Shown here piece after piece: positions 1 through 11,800 of a stretch of DNA of 64,000 bases. This stretch comes from a virus (Duplodnaviria; Heunggongvirae; Uroviricota; Caudoviricetes), in IMG/VR virus record IMGVR_UViG_3300020576_002722, positions 1-64,000 of that record. The stretch is one strand, 5' to 3'. Numbering within the stretch: position 1 is the first letter of the stretch; each line of letters opens with the position of its first letter. A program made the position numbers and the translations under genes. The notes under the pieces were generated by a model, which saw only the letters and a list, made by a program, of their open reading frames with translations, was not told the origin of the DNA and searched no databases.

Positions 1-3000
1 ACGGCCTTCACCAAGAAGATCGTCAAGAACATCGATGGTAATGAGGTGCCTGACGGGTACTTCAATCCGAAGGTGTCGGCGACCATGATGAAGTACATGA
101 GCGGAGAGAAGTATGGGTTCGGCATCTTGCCGTGGACCGGGTCTCTCGGACGAGCCCCGGTGGTCGAGCTTGCCCAGTCGTTCCAGTTCCCGAACAGGCG
201 CGACGTAAAGGGTGCCGCAGGTCAGTACGGACAAGAGAGTCTCGACTACTCCGATGACGCGTGCTATGCCGCAGACGTGAACAACGTTGTCGGGGAGACG
301 TTCGAGTGCATGACACAGGGATCCGTGGCAAAGGACCCTGATGGTGGCCCGATCAACTTCATTCCCAACTACGGATCGTACTCGCCGTGGCGTCCGAACG
401 ATGTACCCGGTTCGGCAGCCGATAGCTACGGCATCTCGCCAGTATTCACACGACTTCTGAGTGAGTCGGGAATTGCTCCTGCAAACATCCAGACGAATAC
501 GGGTGCCGCATTCGCTCCAACGTATCATTCGCTCGGCGTGCTCGTTGGGCCTGTGACGAACATACCCGAGTGGGTGAAGGCTATTACGGTTGTTCGTACC
601 GCTCCCGCTGAGACGGTAATCTGTGAGGGCGTAGGCGTGTACAACATTCGGAGCTTTGGGTTTGGAGGAGTAGCCGGAAAGGATAAGAACTCCCTGGTGT
701 GCAACTTCCCAGACATGGACAAGGGTATCGTTCCGCTGGCTACGCAGAACGACATCATACAGAATCCAGGACTGTACAAGGTAAGGTTCGTGTCGCCGCA
801 AGGGATATACACGGAGCCGTACGCGTTCTCCGGCGAACAGATCACCATCAATGAGCTTGGAGGGCACTCGGACGCACCGAGCAACACGACCGTTCCCTGG
901 CTCCAGCTCAACCTTGTATCGAGTGGGCTGACCGGAACGTCGGCCGCCTGGTGTCTCGACATGATCTCTTACGCCAGGGTAATGCACGACTCTGGTGATG
1001 TGAATGTTGGGGATACCGGTGTTCACGGGTTCCAGCCAGCATTCGGAGTTCCAGCGGCAGCGAACCAGACAGGGTATGCCGCATGGAGGAACAACGGAGC
1101 TACGTTGAATGGCATACCAACAGATGGGGATGACTACTCATTCTGGCTTCAGGGTGGAAACAACGGTAACACGTTGCTCGACATCGATTCATTCACACCG
1201 AGGACGAGCGAACAGCGCGGTCAGTCGTGGGTGCTGAAGACGGCGCAGGATATCTACTACAATAACGGTCAGATCACGGCCAACAGGACAGCGTTCACGG
1301 ATCCACTGGTAAAGAAGTTCCACCAGCCCGTGTACATGATCCAGCTGATCAAGACGGGTGCCGTAATTCATGACAGCAACACTCAGCCGTACATCAATAC
1401 CGGCGCAACGGTTCTGATGGATTCGTGCATCGGCATCTATAACGGTGTCGACACGCAGTTCGAGTTGATCGATGAAAGGTGGGAGGACTGCTCCAATTAT
1501 CTTCCATCCGACTTCAGGTACATCTACATTGTCGAGCCAGGTGGTGCGAAGAAGATCTACGTGGCACTCAACGGGAACGTGTACTTCACCTTCCCAGCCA
1601 ACCTGACGAACGCGCTGAACAACATAGCCGCCAACGGATTCTGGGTGGCCCCAGACGGAACACAGGTGAACGGATTCTATCAGACGTCGACGACTGGAGA
1701 CAGCCACTTCGTGAACATTGGAGTGTTCGGATTCCTTCCGGCTGTCGGATCCAGGATCAGTGTCCGGTACGATCCAGATGCCCCGATCCGTGCGTTCGGC
1801 GGCGACACCACGATCGCGCCATCGACGTTCGCGCCTATCGACAGGTATACGTCCAGGGATCTCGTGAACATCCTGGACGACGGAAATAAGGGGCTCGCGA
1901 TCGGTGGACTACCTCTGCCGTACGCTGGGTTCGGCATGAACCCAAACTACTTCATGCCAGAGAACGGATCACAGATCGAGGCGATACCTGTGGCCGACTG
2001 GGTGCCGGCGATCCGCCAGTGGGTGATCATGTCTGACTGCGAGACCAGACAGAACCAGGCGTTCGCTGTAACAGAGAACTCGACGACAGAGGCGCTTGAC
2101 AACGCGCAGACGTTCCCGGCCATCCACTACATCAACAGGTCGTTCCATGTAGACTCGACGTACACGACCGCCGTGCAGTACGGGTGGTACAACAACTACG
2201 ACAACGACTACCCCGGAGAGGTGGCGATATGGAGGCTCGGCGGACTCAGGTTCATACCGGAGATCAACTACGACTACCCTAAGAAGCAGGACCCGAACTA
2301 TGTTGGCATCCCGCAGAGCGGATACGTCGAGAGGACCGACTGGTGTACATCGATCGCCGCATCCAACAAGTTCGATCCGTCGCAGCAGGATGTCCCGAAC
2401 CTGAGGACGTTCACCTTCATCAATGTGAAGGATCTGTCTGAGGAGACCGGAGAGATCAAGGTGATCAAGAGTGGTCGTGGACCAGATGCGAACTACATCT
2501 ACGCGTGGACGCAGGATGGAGTGTGCAAGATCCCGACCGACAGGTCCGTGATCAGCAACGTGGACGGAACCGTTCTCGGGACACAGGTCGTTGACGGGTA
2601 CTGGGGCCAGGAGCAGTGGCTCACAAGGAACATCGGGCTTCCTGACGAGATGTGGAGGCTGTGGACGTTCGGGCCCACGCCACCTACATACCAGGACAGC
2701 TTCCTGTGGCCCAACCGGGAGGGATTCTTCATCATGACCGGAGACCAGATCAGGGACATAACCAGGAATCGCATCCTGTCGAGGGTGCGCCCGATCCTTT
2801 CGGTGTCGTCCATTGGCACCGGATACGATGAAAGGCTGGCGTCGGTGTACGATCCCAAGTACAACGAGGTGCTGTTCTCGATCAACCCCAAGGGTGACTC
2901 CGGGCAGTCTAGGACGGTCCTGGTGTACAACGCCCTGAATGGGGAGTGGACGGCCGAGTATACGTACCAGTTCGATGAGTATCTTTGCCACGATAGCAGT

Positions 3001-3396
3001 CTGCTGGGAATGAGGAACTTGACTACATACACGCTGGACGCCGGAACCACCATAGGTGGTAACCTGGTCACCGGGTACGTGGAGGTTCCGATGACCGACG
3101 GATCCGGCGACTACCAGGAGTTCTGTCGCTTCAAGGTGTACGGAGACAAGCCGCACGCCGTGGACATCCTGGACCAGAACGGCATCGTCATGTGCCACAT
3201 GGACCAGACCAACTACGGGATCAACTGGGTCAAGGACTACAACGGCTGGGAGAACTGGGTGGCCAGGTGTGACTTCAATTACGACGTGAACAACCGACTC
3301 GTCCAGGACAACCTGTTCTTCATGAGGATCTACTTCCGTGGAGGAAACAGGACCACGTTCAAGTTCGCTGCCGGTCAACTCAAAAAGATCAAGTGA
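1..3396 (+). CDS. Large virion structural protein, 5'-partial (frame open from base 1; first ATG at 46; >1116 aa)
   Basis: Uninterrupted ORF running off the window start. First gene of a co-directional structural block with ATGA-coupled neighbours. Confidence 0.5.
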   Translation, partial: TAFTKKIVKNIDGNEVPDGYFNPKVSATMMKYMSGEKYGFGILPWTGSLGRAPVVELAQSFQFPNRRDVKGAAGQYGQESLDYSDDACYAADVNNVVGETFECMTQGSVAKDPDGGPINFIPNYGSYSPWRPNDVPGSAADSYGISPVFTRLLSESGIAPANIQTNTGAAFAPTYHSLGVLVGPVTNIPEWVKAITVVRTAPAETVICEGVGVYNIRSFGFGGVAGKDKNSLVCNFPDMDKGIVPLATQNDIIQNPGLYKVRFVSPQGIYTEPYAFSGEQITINELGGHSDAPSNTTVPWLQLNLVSSGLTGTSAAWCLDMISYARVMHDSGDVNVGDTGVHGFQPAFGVPAAANQTGYAAWRNNGATLNGIPTDGDDYSFWLQGGNNGNTLLDIDSFTPRTSEQRGQSWVLKTAQDIYYNNGQITANRTAFTDPLVKKFHQPVYMIQLIKTGAVIHDSNTQPYINTGATVLMDSCIGIYNGVDTQFELIDERWEDCSNYLPSDFRYIYIVEPGGAKKIYVALNGNVYFTFPANLTNALNNIAANGFWVAPDGTQVNGFYQTSTTGDSHFVNIGVFGFLPAVGSRISVRYDPDAPIRAFGGDTTIAPSTFAPIDRYTSRDLVNILDDGNKGLAIGGLPLPYAGFGMNPNYFMPENGSQIEAIPVADWVPAIRQWVIMSDCETRQNQAFAVTENSTTEALDNAQTFPAIHYINRSFHVDSTYTTAVQYGWYNNYDNDYPGEVAIWRLGGLRFIPEINYDYPKKQDPNYVGIPQSGYVERTDWCTSIAASNKFDPSQQDVPNLRTFTFINVKDLSEETGEIKVIKSGRGPDANYIYAWTQDGVCKIPTDRSVISNVDGTVLGTQVVDGYWGQEQWLTRNIGLPDEMWRLWTFGPTPPTYQDSFLWPNREGFFIMTGDQIRDITRNRILSRVRPILSVSSIGTGYDERLASVYDPKYNEVLFSINPKGDSGQSRTVLVYNALNGEWTAEYTYQFDEYLCHDSSLLGMRNLTTYTLDAGTTIGGNLVTGYVEVPMTDGSGDYQEFCRFKVYGDKPHAVDILDQNGIVMCHMDQTNYGINWVKDYNGWENWVARCDFNYDVNNRLVQDNLFFMRIYFRGGNRTTFKFAAGQLKKIK

Positions 3397-3397
3397 T

Positions 3398-4159
3398 ATG
3401 GCATTCTCAGACCTTCTGATGCACTCGCTGCCGGCCGTAGGGCAGATCGCCGGCGGACCTGTTGGTGGTGCCGTCGGTACACTGGCCGCAGGAGTACTCG
3501 GGCAGTTCGCGGCTGACGGTCAGCAAAAGGCGGCCGACGCCGCTGTGAACGCCATCCCGATGTACGACCCGAAGCAGCTGTCGTACATGAACGACGTGCA
3601 GCGTACCGAGCGTGCGTTCCGTGCAGGCACCGATCCCAATACCACTAACGCTATCAGGCAGGCGGTTCAGGCTGGCGGCCAGGTAGGTGCCAACCTTGTT
3701 CGTGCCGGTGGTACGGACGTGTTCAGCAACCTCCTTCGTGGCCAGGCAGCTACGCAGCAGGCGATCGGAAGGTACTCTGCTGCCGCAGGCGCGGAGGCCA
3801 ACAACGTCATGAACATGCGTGGTCGTCTGGTGGACAACATGGCCGGGAGGGTCTACTCCCAGCAAAGGATGAGGGCCGACGATCTGATGGCTAAGGTTGC
3901 CAGGACGCGCCAAGACGCGAACAACAACATGCTCGCAGCGGTCCCACTTCTTCCGCAGGTTGGACTCAAGAAGAGCACTACTCCGTTTCAGGACATCTTC
4001 GGGCAGCCGGATGGTGCTCTTGGTGGGTCGTGGCGTTCTGAGGGAACCAATGGAGCGATCCCTTCTTCTCCGACAGAAGCAATACAATACCCAATGATCG
4101 ACGGATCGGTGCAATCACCCACATCCGGCTACGACATGGGGCAACAAGTGATAATCTGA
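3398..4159 (+). CDS. Gly/Ala-rich hypothetical virion protein (253 aa)
   Basis: ATG 2 nt after the upstream stop. Low-complexity G/A-rich protein. The 3338 start in the ORF track would overlap gene 1. Confidence 0.5.
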   Translation: MAFSDLLMHSLPAVGQIAGGPVGGAVGTLAAGVLGQFAADGQQKAADAAVNAIPMYDPKQLSYMNDVQRTERAFRAGTDPNTTNAIRQAVQAGGQVGANLVRAGGTDVFSNLLRGQAATQQAIGRYSAAAGAEANNVMNMRGRLVDNMAGRVYSQQRMRADDLMAKVARTRQDANNNMLAAVPLLPQVGLKKSTTPFQDIFGQPDGALGGSWRSEGTNGAIPSSPTEAIQYPMIDGSVQSPTSGYDMGQQVII

Positions 4160-5823
4160 TGGCAACTGGAGGACCAGAGACACCGCTGGCTACTGGCCAG
4201 CCTGACATTGAGTCGGCCATCTCTGGTGCGGCGGCAACGTCAGTTGCGCCAACCCCAGAGGTTCCGGCGGCCGTAGATCCGTCCGCTGTTGATGCTGCCA
4301 ATGCGCAGGCGCAACAGGGTAGTGGCATCAGGCCGACACTCAAGGAGCCCACGATGCCGAACGCCCGTCTCGGCCCTCTGCGTCTCACCCAGGCGGACTT
4401 CTACGGGCAGCCGAACCCGGATACGATCCAGACCAGGACTGGCCCAACCACTGTGGCCAGCTTCGGTCAGGTGCCGCTCGCTATCTCCGGTATGCAGCTG
4501 GCCGAGATCCAGAAGCAGAGGGCCGAGACGCAGAAGGCCATCAAGGACTTCGACATCAACTCCGGAATCGGTAACGCCCCGAGCCCGTATCAGCGGAACT
4601 TCAAGAACCTGGCCATGACCGACATGGATACCTTCCTTCAGAAGGCGATCCAGCTGCACGGTGGCAACAAGGCAGAGGCCGTGAAGGAGCTGATGGACCC
4701 GACCAGCGAACTGAACGCTGCATGGCGGAAGAGGTCTACCCAATGGGAGGCCATCGGCCAGCAGGCGCAGTTCAAGTTCAAGCAGGCCAGCGACCTGTTG
4801 GATGCGGCCAAGACCGGAAAGATCCAGGTATCCCCGGATGCGATGAAGGTGGCCCAGGAGGCGCTCAATGGTATCGGTGAGTTCGGCGGCCCCAAAGGAG
4901 GCGACGTCATGGAGCTGACAGATACGCTGAAGCGCTTCGATCAGATCATGTCCCGCGAGGCGTACATCCAGGACTTCGCAATTCCCGGAATTGAAGCCCA
5001 CATGGCCGAGAAAGGAATCGCGCCCAAGACCACGCGCAACAAGTACGGCCAGCTGATCACTACCTACGGAAAGGAGAAAGACCTGTCTTTGTTCAGGGAG
5101 CAGGCAGCGAAAGACATGGCGTGGCGCGGCATCGGAGAGGGGAACACGATGGAGGAGCGCATCAAGAACAACAAGAAGGCTCTCGATGCTGCTCTTCCGA
5201 GCGACCAAGAGGTTCAGATCGCGATCACCAACCCTCACGCACCGTCCAGTTCCTCTTCGTCCGCAGACGTAAGGCCGAAGCCGGCCATCAGCACAGGCAT
5301 GTCTCCTGCGTCCAGGTACGACCTTGGCAATACAGGATCGGCTGGACAGGGTGTTCCGTCGACGATGGTTCCAACGCTATCCTTCTCAGAGAAGGTCGGC
5401 GACAAGATGGTCCCTATGGCCCCTCGTGAGTTTGACGGACCAAGTGGCCAGGTCAAGATACAGGCACCCGAGTTCAAGTACATCAGTGGCCACTGGCGGA
5501 TCGTTGGACGCGGTACCGGTACCACCAACGAGGCCAGGGACGTTGTTGGCGCAGCACCGACAAGGGGTTCCATCAGTAGCGCTAAGGGCCGGTCGAACGG
5601 CTCGACCGAGTACGAGGTTACCAAGCAGCGCGAGGGACGAATGGAGTTCCTCGACTACGAAAAGAACATACCCAGGGTAAAGAGTTACTTTGGCGAGGAT
5701 TTCGATATCTGGAATGTCGTCAAGGAGAAGGCGCAACAGAAGGGCCAGGCATGGGATCAGGCCGCATTCGATGCGCTTCCTAACGGTACCCGCCAGAAGG
5801 TAATGGACTACCTGTTCCAATGA
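4159..5823 (+). CDS. Hypothetical structural protein (554 aa)
   Basis: TGATG overlap with the upstream gene. Ser-rich linker (PSSSSSSADVRPKP). Sits in the structural block. Confidence 0.55.
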   Translation: MATGGPETPLATGQPDIESAISGAAATSVAPTPEVPAAVDPSAVDAANAQAQQGSGIRPTLKEPTMPNARLGPLRLTQADFYGQPNPDTIQTRTGPTTVASFGQVPLAISGMQLAEIQKQRAETQKAIKDFDINSGIGNAPSPYQRNFKNLAMTDMDTFLQKAIQLHGGNKAEAVKELMDPTSELNAAWRKRSTQWEAIGQQAQFKFKQASDLLDAAKTGKIQVSPDAMKVAQEALNGIGEFGGPKGGDVMELTDTLKRFDQIMSREAYIQDFAIPGIEAHMAEKGIAPKTTRNKYGQLITTYGKEKDLSLFREQAAKDMAWRGIGEGNTMEERIKNNKKALDAALPSDQEVQIAITNPHAPSSSSSSADVRPKPAISTGMSPASRYDLGNTGSAGQGVPSTMVPTLSFSEKVGDKMVPMAPREFDGPSGQVKIQAPEFKYISGHWRIVGRGTGTTNEARDVVGAAPTRGSISSAKGRSNGSTEYEVTKQREGRMEFLDYEKNIPRVKSYFGEDFDIWNVVKEKAQQKGQAWDQAAFDALPNGTRQKVMDYLFQ

Positions 5824-8800
5824 GCACACAGACACCTCCAACATTCGCCGACCTGGTAAAGGCGGCGACATCTTCCGATGCGCCACAGGTTCCGCCTGCC
5901 GGCAACCCTGCGTCGTCCGGATCTTTCGATGACCTGGTAAAGGCTGCCACCTCCCCAAAGGAGTCGACCCAGTCTCCCGAGAAAGCTCCGGTAGTCGGGG
6001 CGGAGGCTGGGCTTACTGGATCGGGTACGCGGTCGGATCTGCCAGCGCAGCGGCCGCCAGGTATGCCCGAACTTGTGCGGCCGGATATGCCGCAGGCAAG
6101 CACGCCCGAGCAAGACGCGGCGCTTGATAACATCGGAGGTCCGCCGCAGGAAGGCCAGCAGATCGGAGGTGTATCGCTTATCCAGCAGCCAAAACGCGGG
6201 ATGCGAATGACGCTCCCTACGTACACGATAGGCCAAGACCTGAAGGTGCGAGAAGTGCGTAAGCCATCAATGGCCGAGGACTCATTTGTCCGCACACAGC
6301 AGCGGGAGAGTGAGCGCGCAAAGGAGGCGATGGCCAAAGAACAGGCGGCGAGTGAATGGCGCAGGCAGCTTGATCCGACCAAGGAGGATGACCCGCAGGT
6401 GCGCGATCGCATCATGGGCGAGAAGCAGGCCCTTGATGAGCAGCTATCGCTTGCCAACCAGTATGATCCGGTCGCCCCTGATCAGCGGGGAGTCTTTGCC
6501 GGGTATTTTGAGCAGCCACAGCCGCACGATATGGGGGGCTATGTCTTTGACCAGCGGGACGACAAGATCCTGAAGGATTACGTGCAGCACTTGCAAATGC
6601 ACGGAGATGGCCAATACAAGACCTCGACGACACTCGGTGCATTGCAGGCCGGAAGAGAATCGGCCATCGACCGCTTTGCGGATTACTACAAAGACGCACT
6701 TCAGACCCAGACGGATGCGCTCAACGGCCGCGTGACGCGATTGTACCAGATGCGCGAGCGGGGTGCCGACCCACAAATGCTTCAGCAGGAGGCTGCCGAC
6801 ATTGAGGCCGGATACGAGTTCGTGCAGGCGCGCATGGACGACTGGGTGAAGAATGCGCCGAAGAGCGAAGTGCGCAAGGCTATTGAGCAGCGGCAGAAGG
6901 AGACGAATGAGGAGTATGACCGCATCAAGGATGACTGGTTCACGCCATTGTATGCCACAAAGAAGGGATTGCATGCGGCGCAGCTTGGATGGAATGAGAT
7001 GCTCTTCGGGTCGGCGGCAGGCATAGCTCGCGCCTTCGGAGACAAGGAGAACTACGATTGGTCGGATGACGTGTCCGACTACGTGGATCGCGCCACCAAG
7101 ATGAACGAATCGGCGCTGCCTACCGAATGGCAACAACCGTTTTCGCGAACGGTGAAGAGCCCGATCAGCGGTAAGGAGACGACCAAATACAACATCTTGC
7201 CGAGCCTGATTCGTGGCGGCGGCGGCATGGCCGCACTGATGGCTACGGGCAATCTTGCGGCGGCTGGTGGTCGTGCGCTCGGTATGGCACTGGGACGCGG
7301 AGTAGTCGGGGCTGCCGGAGGTGGCGCGAACGTAGCGCTATCCGAAGCCACCATGACGGGAGTGGGCCGAGCGTCCGCCCTGGCAGGAGAGCTTCCTGGA
7401 TATGGACAGAATGCAGGCTTCACCGCAGGCATGTTCTTTCCGGAATACGAGAGCTATGTGCGACAGGCAATGGATGGTGGCGTACCCGAGAAACTCGCCT
7501 CGGATGCTGGCCTGTTCTATGCCCTTGGATCCGCGTACATCGAACGCCTGAACCCACAGTTGTATGTAGGCGGAAAAAAGGCATTCCGCACCGCATTTAC
7601 GCAGGCTATCAGGGATGGGAAAGGTCCGAAGGCCGCGCTCGGTGATGGGCTGCGGCAAATCGGGATACAGGGCGGGAAGGAGGGAACTGAGGAGTTGATG
7701 CAAGGTGAGTTGATGCGCAAGACGAACCTTGCCGTGAATATGCTGACGGGGGCGGACCTCGAATCAGCGACCACACTTCGCGAGAAGATGAACGAGTTCG
7801 GTACCGGTGCCATCCTCGGCAGCATCGCCGCACTACCCAGCAATGGCGTTGCGCGACAGAAGCGCACGTTGGCGGAGAAGGAATCGCTCGCCTTTGCTGC
7901 GGAGTATCCCGAGTTCGCCGCTGAAGTCATCCGCAGGGACGTTCCTGAGGCGCAGCAGAAGGAGTTCCTCGACAAGCTGGAGAAGCTGAATAAGCTGTAC
8001 GTTGGCAATGGACTGACGGACCTTCCTGTCGATAATGCCGATCGCGTTGCTCAGGCGCTTGCCAAGAAGAAGGATCTACAGGAGCAGATCAAGAAGGCTC
8101 CTATCGCTGATGCGCTGCGTTCAGCCAAGGGTGACCCAAGGGAGGTTGAGGTCAACAAGTTGAATGTTGATGTGCTCCGTGAAATGAATGTTCCAGAGGA
8201 TGACATCGCACTGGTCTTGGCGAGCGAAGGTGTGATAAACCTTCCTGACGGAGCCAAGGTCACAAAGGGTGCTGACGGCAAGCTGACCCTTGACATAAAG
8301 GAGCCCAAGGAGGGAGAGCCGGCCGTCAGTAAGGAGGACGTTCTGTCGGGCCTGGTGAAGCAGGTTCATGGTATCGCTGGAGAGAGGACGACTGCTGCCG
8401 CCAAAGAAGCCAAGAAAGCTCCTGACAAAGATCCTGACGAAGAGGTAGAGATCGCACCGGTTGGTGACGCCACTGATCTGGATGCCGCGCTAGCATCGGT
8501 TACCCCAGGAATGAACAAGGCCCTTGACTCCGAAGTGGAGGCCGCAGCCAAGTCGCTATCCGGGGTTGGCGTCAAGGTTGTTGTGCATGATGACATCAAG
8601 TCATTCGCTTCTGCATTCGAGCAGGCCGGCGGATCGAAGTCGGTCGACCACCTGAACCACGAGGGATTCTACGATCGAGGTGGCCGTACTATCCACATCA
8701 ATCGCACCAATAACAGGTCTGGACTTGCCGCTCACGAGGGTGTTCACGCCCTGTTCATGGGCGCACTGTCGGATGTTGCTAACGGCAGGCAGATCATTGC

Positions 8801-11800
8801 GGAGGCCGCCAGGCAGGTAATGAACGAGTCGCCAGAAACGAGGTCATCTATTGCCAGGTTCCTTGAGTCGTACGGTGGGGCCATTCGTAAAGAGGATGGA
8901 TCGATCGATATCGAGGCTACCGTAGCGGACCCGAAACTGGCGCACGAGATATACGCAGAGTTCGTTTCCAGCGTGGCCAATGGTACCATCAAGCTGAACG
9001 GTGGACTTCGCACCTGGCTCAAGGACATGTACAACAAGATCATGGCCACGCTCGGTGTGTCCATGAAGTTCGACCCGAAGAGCGACGACGACTACATCAA
9101 GCTGGCTGCTGATCTTGCGAGCGCCATGAAGACCGGTCGCGTGATCAGGGCTGCGGAGAATGTTGCGGAGAATACAGCACCGGCACTCAGCGTACGTCGT
9201 GCATCAGACCTCGCCCAGCAACTAAACATCGCATCCACCGGGGCCGAGAAGGAGTTCTTCGGGAAGACGTGGCCTGGCTTGCTCAGGCAAGTAGGCAATG
9301 TATTCAAGCCTACCAAGGCTGGGTTTGAGGCTGCTGCCGATCTGGCCGTGAAGGACGTTGAAGAGTTCACCAGGGAGAATCCGAAGTACCAGGACTTCTA
9401 CAACAAGGATTGGGCACTTGCTGTGGCTATGCTCAATGATGCGTTCCCGATAACCAAGGAGCAGCCTGATCTGGTTCTTGCGTTCAGGGCTATGTCCGGA
9501 CTTACGAGTCCACAGACGTCACTTGGCCAGAATATGGTTGAAGCTGTATCTGCATTCGATCACTGGCTGAATAACGGAAGCTTCGATGCTGTAAAAGTAG
9601 TACCAACAGAGAAGGGTAATTTCTCACTCAAGAAATCACCGTTCAGTCTTGGTGGAAAGACAGCAACGAACAAGGCCAGGTCCCTCAAGGGTCTCGGCAA
9701 GCTGATAGATGAGAACGGAGTTGGAAAGGCTATTGAGATACTGAAGGAGCCTGTGTCCGCAAAGGAACTCAATGAGTTCAACGGGAGCCTTGGGTACAAG
9801 AGCGCTGTCGGAGGCATGAAGGCCGTGAAGAACGTGGTCTTGTCTGCTACTGGGCAGAGCGATAAGGTGCCAAGGATGTTCGTGTTCGGACCAAAGCTCG
9901 GTGCCTACACACTGAACTCGCTTGGTGATGGAAGGTTTACGACTATCGACATCTGGGAGAGCAGGTTTATTCGTTCATACTTCCCGAGGATGTTCGCGAG
10001 CGCCGGAGGAAAGATCCTTAACAACAGCACTGATAGCGATATCTTTACCGAGTTCATAGAACAATTCGCAAAGGCTTTCAGGGAAAGGAACGGATTTGAC
10101 CTTGACCCGTCGGCGTATCAAGCGATGCGCTGGTACACTATGATCGACGCTGCCCAGAAGGCAGGGTACACAAAAGCACTCACAGATGGAACAGTCTCAG
10201 ACTACACAGCAGAGGCCCTCGGAAGGGTTAAAGGACACGTTGTTCCTGGATATGCTGGCCGAGGTGGCTTCGACAGCTATCAAAGCAATGATCCAGAAGC
10301 AGAAAACTATGTACCATTCAGTATCCGCCGAGGATCTCCCGGTGGCGACACAGGAGGGAGGGCCGAGCCAGGAAAGAACCTGATACCTAAGGATATCAGG
10401 AAAAACCTCACCAGCGATGGCGACGGTAGCTACTTGTTCTACCATTACGGTGAAGACCTGAATGGCGGACGCATCAATCCAAAGTATGCTGGAACCGGGG
10501 CTGATAAAGGTACCAGGAACGAAGGAAGGAACAACAATGTATCCATGTACTACACGAAGCCTGACGAGCGGGAGTCGATGGTATCTGGAGATGTTCACGT
10601 TGTCAAGGTTCCCGAATACAAGGTGTATCCGTTCAATACCGATCCACTTGGCCTGTACGACAAGGCAGAGAGGATGTTCAGGAAGGACTACGGAGACTAC
10701 ATCGACTTCAGCCCCGTGAAGCAGGCTGACTACATGGGCCCGCTGGCTGCGAAGGCCGGATTCGACATGATGGTGGCCCAGTGGTCAAAGTTCCCGTTGC
10801 GCGGTGAGACGACCAAGGCGCTCAAGTGGGATCGCGAAGCTACCGACAAGGCGCGTGATCCAGCGTTGTCCACCGGATCACAGAAGTTCAACGACATCGC
10901 CCGCGCACTGATCGCTGCCGGCCACAACACCAAGGCCAAGGCCAAGGCGTATCTGAAATCGAAGGGGCAGGACGGGATCATTGATGCTGTCATCGAAGAG
11001 ATGGGGCGCATCCTTGAGGCGCAGCGCGAGATCCGCAAACGCAATGCGGCCGACAATAAACTGTCTGGAGAAACGACCACTCCGTTGCAGAAGCAGATCA
11101 TCGACGACTCTGGACCCGGACAGAACAGGTCTATGATCACTGTCGATGAGCGTATGCTGCTGAAGGACCGCATCAAGCGTGAGGCGCAGCTCGCTGCACA
11201 GTCAGCCCGCAAGGCAGCGACGGCCGCTCGCAATGCAGCCGACCTGGCGCAGACGCACACCGATCAAGGGTACAGGCAGGGCCTCGCCGAGGGTCAGCTT
11301 GCCGGCGAGATATCGGGCAAGGCTCAGGGTCGCAAGGAGGGTGCCCGTGAGGGAGCGGCAGAGGCCGCCCGTCAGCGTGACCTGTTCGTGAAGAGCGTAC
11401 GCGCCCATCTATCGGAGCTTGGCACCAAGTTTACGGAGGCCAAGACGAAGGCCATCATGACCAGGGCCGTGTCGGTGAACCCGACAAACAGGAACCAGGT
11501 CGAAAGATTCTTGGCCTATCTGGATGCGAAGATCGACGAGGCCAACGAGGCGGCACTCGGCAGCGCCGTGGACAGGATCATCGAGCTGACCAACCCGTCA
11601 CGGTACAAGCAGACCAACGAGTCTGGCATCCTGAAGGGGAAGATCGATGACCGCGTTCGCAAGCTGCTCGGGGTGATCCACTCGGCAGTCAAGGGAATGA
11701 CGCTCGAAGAGGTGTCCGACAAGATCGACGCCATCGACGCAGCGCTTTTCTCTCCAGACGCTGATGTGGCCCTTCTGGAGGACCAGCTGGAGGCGTATCG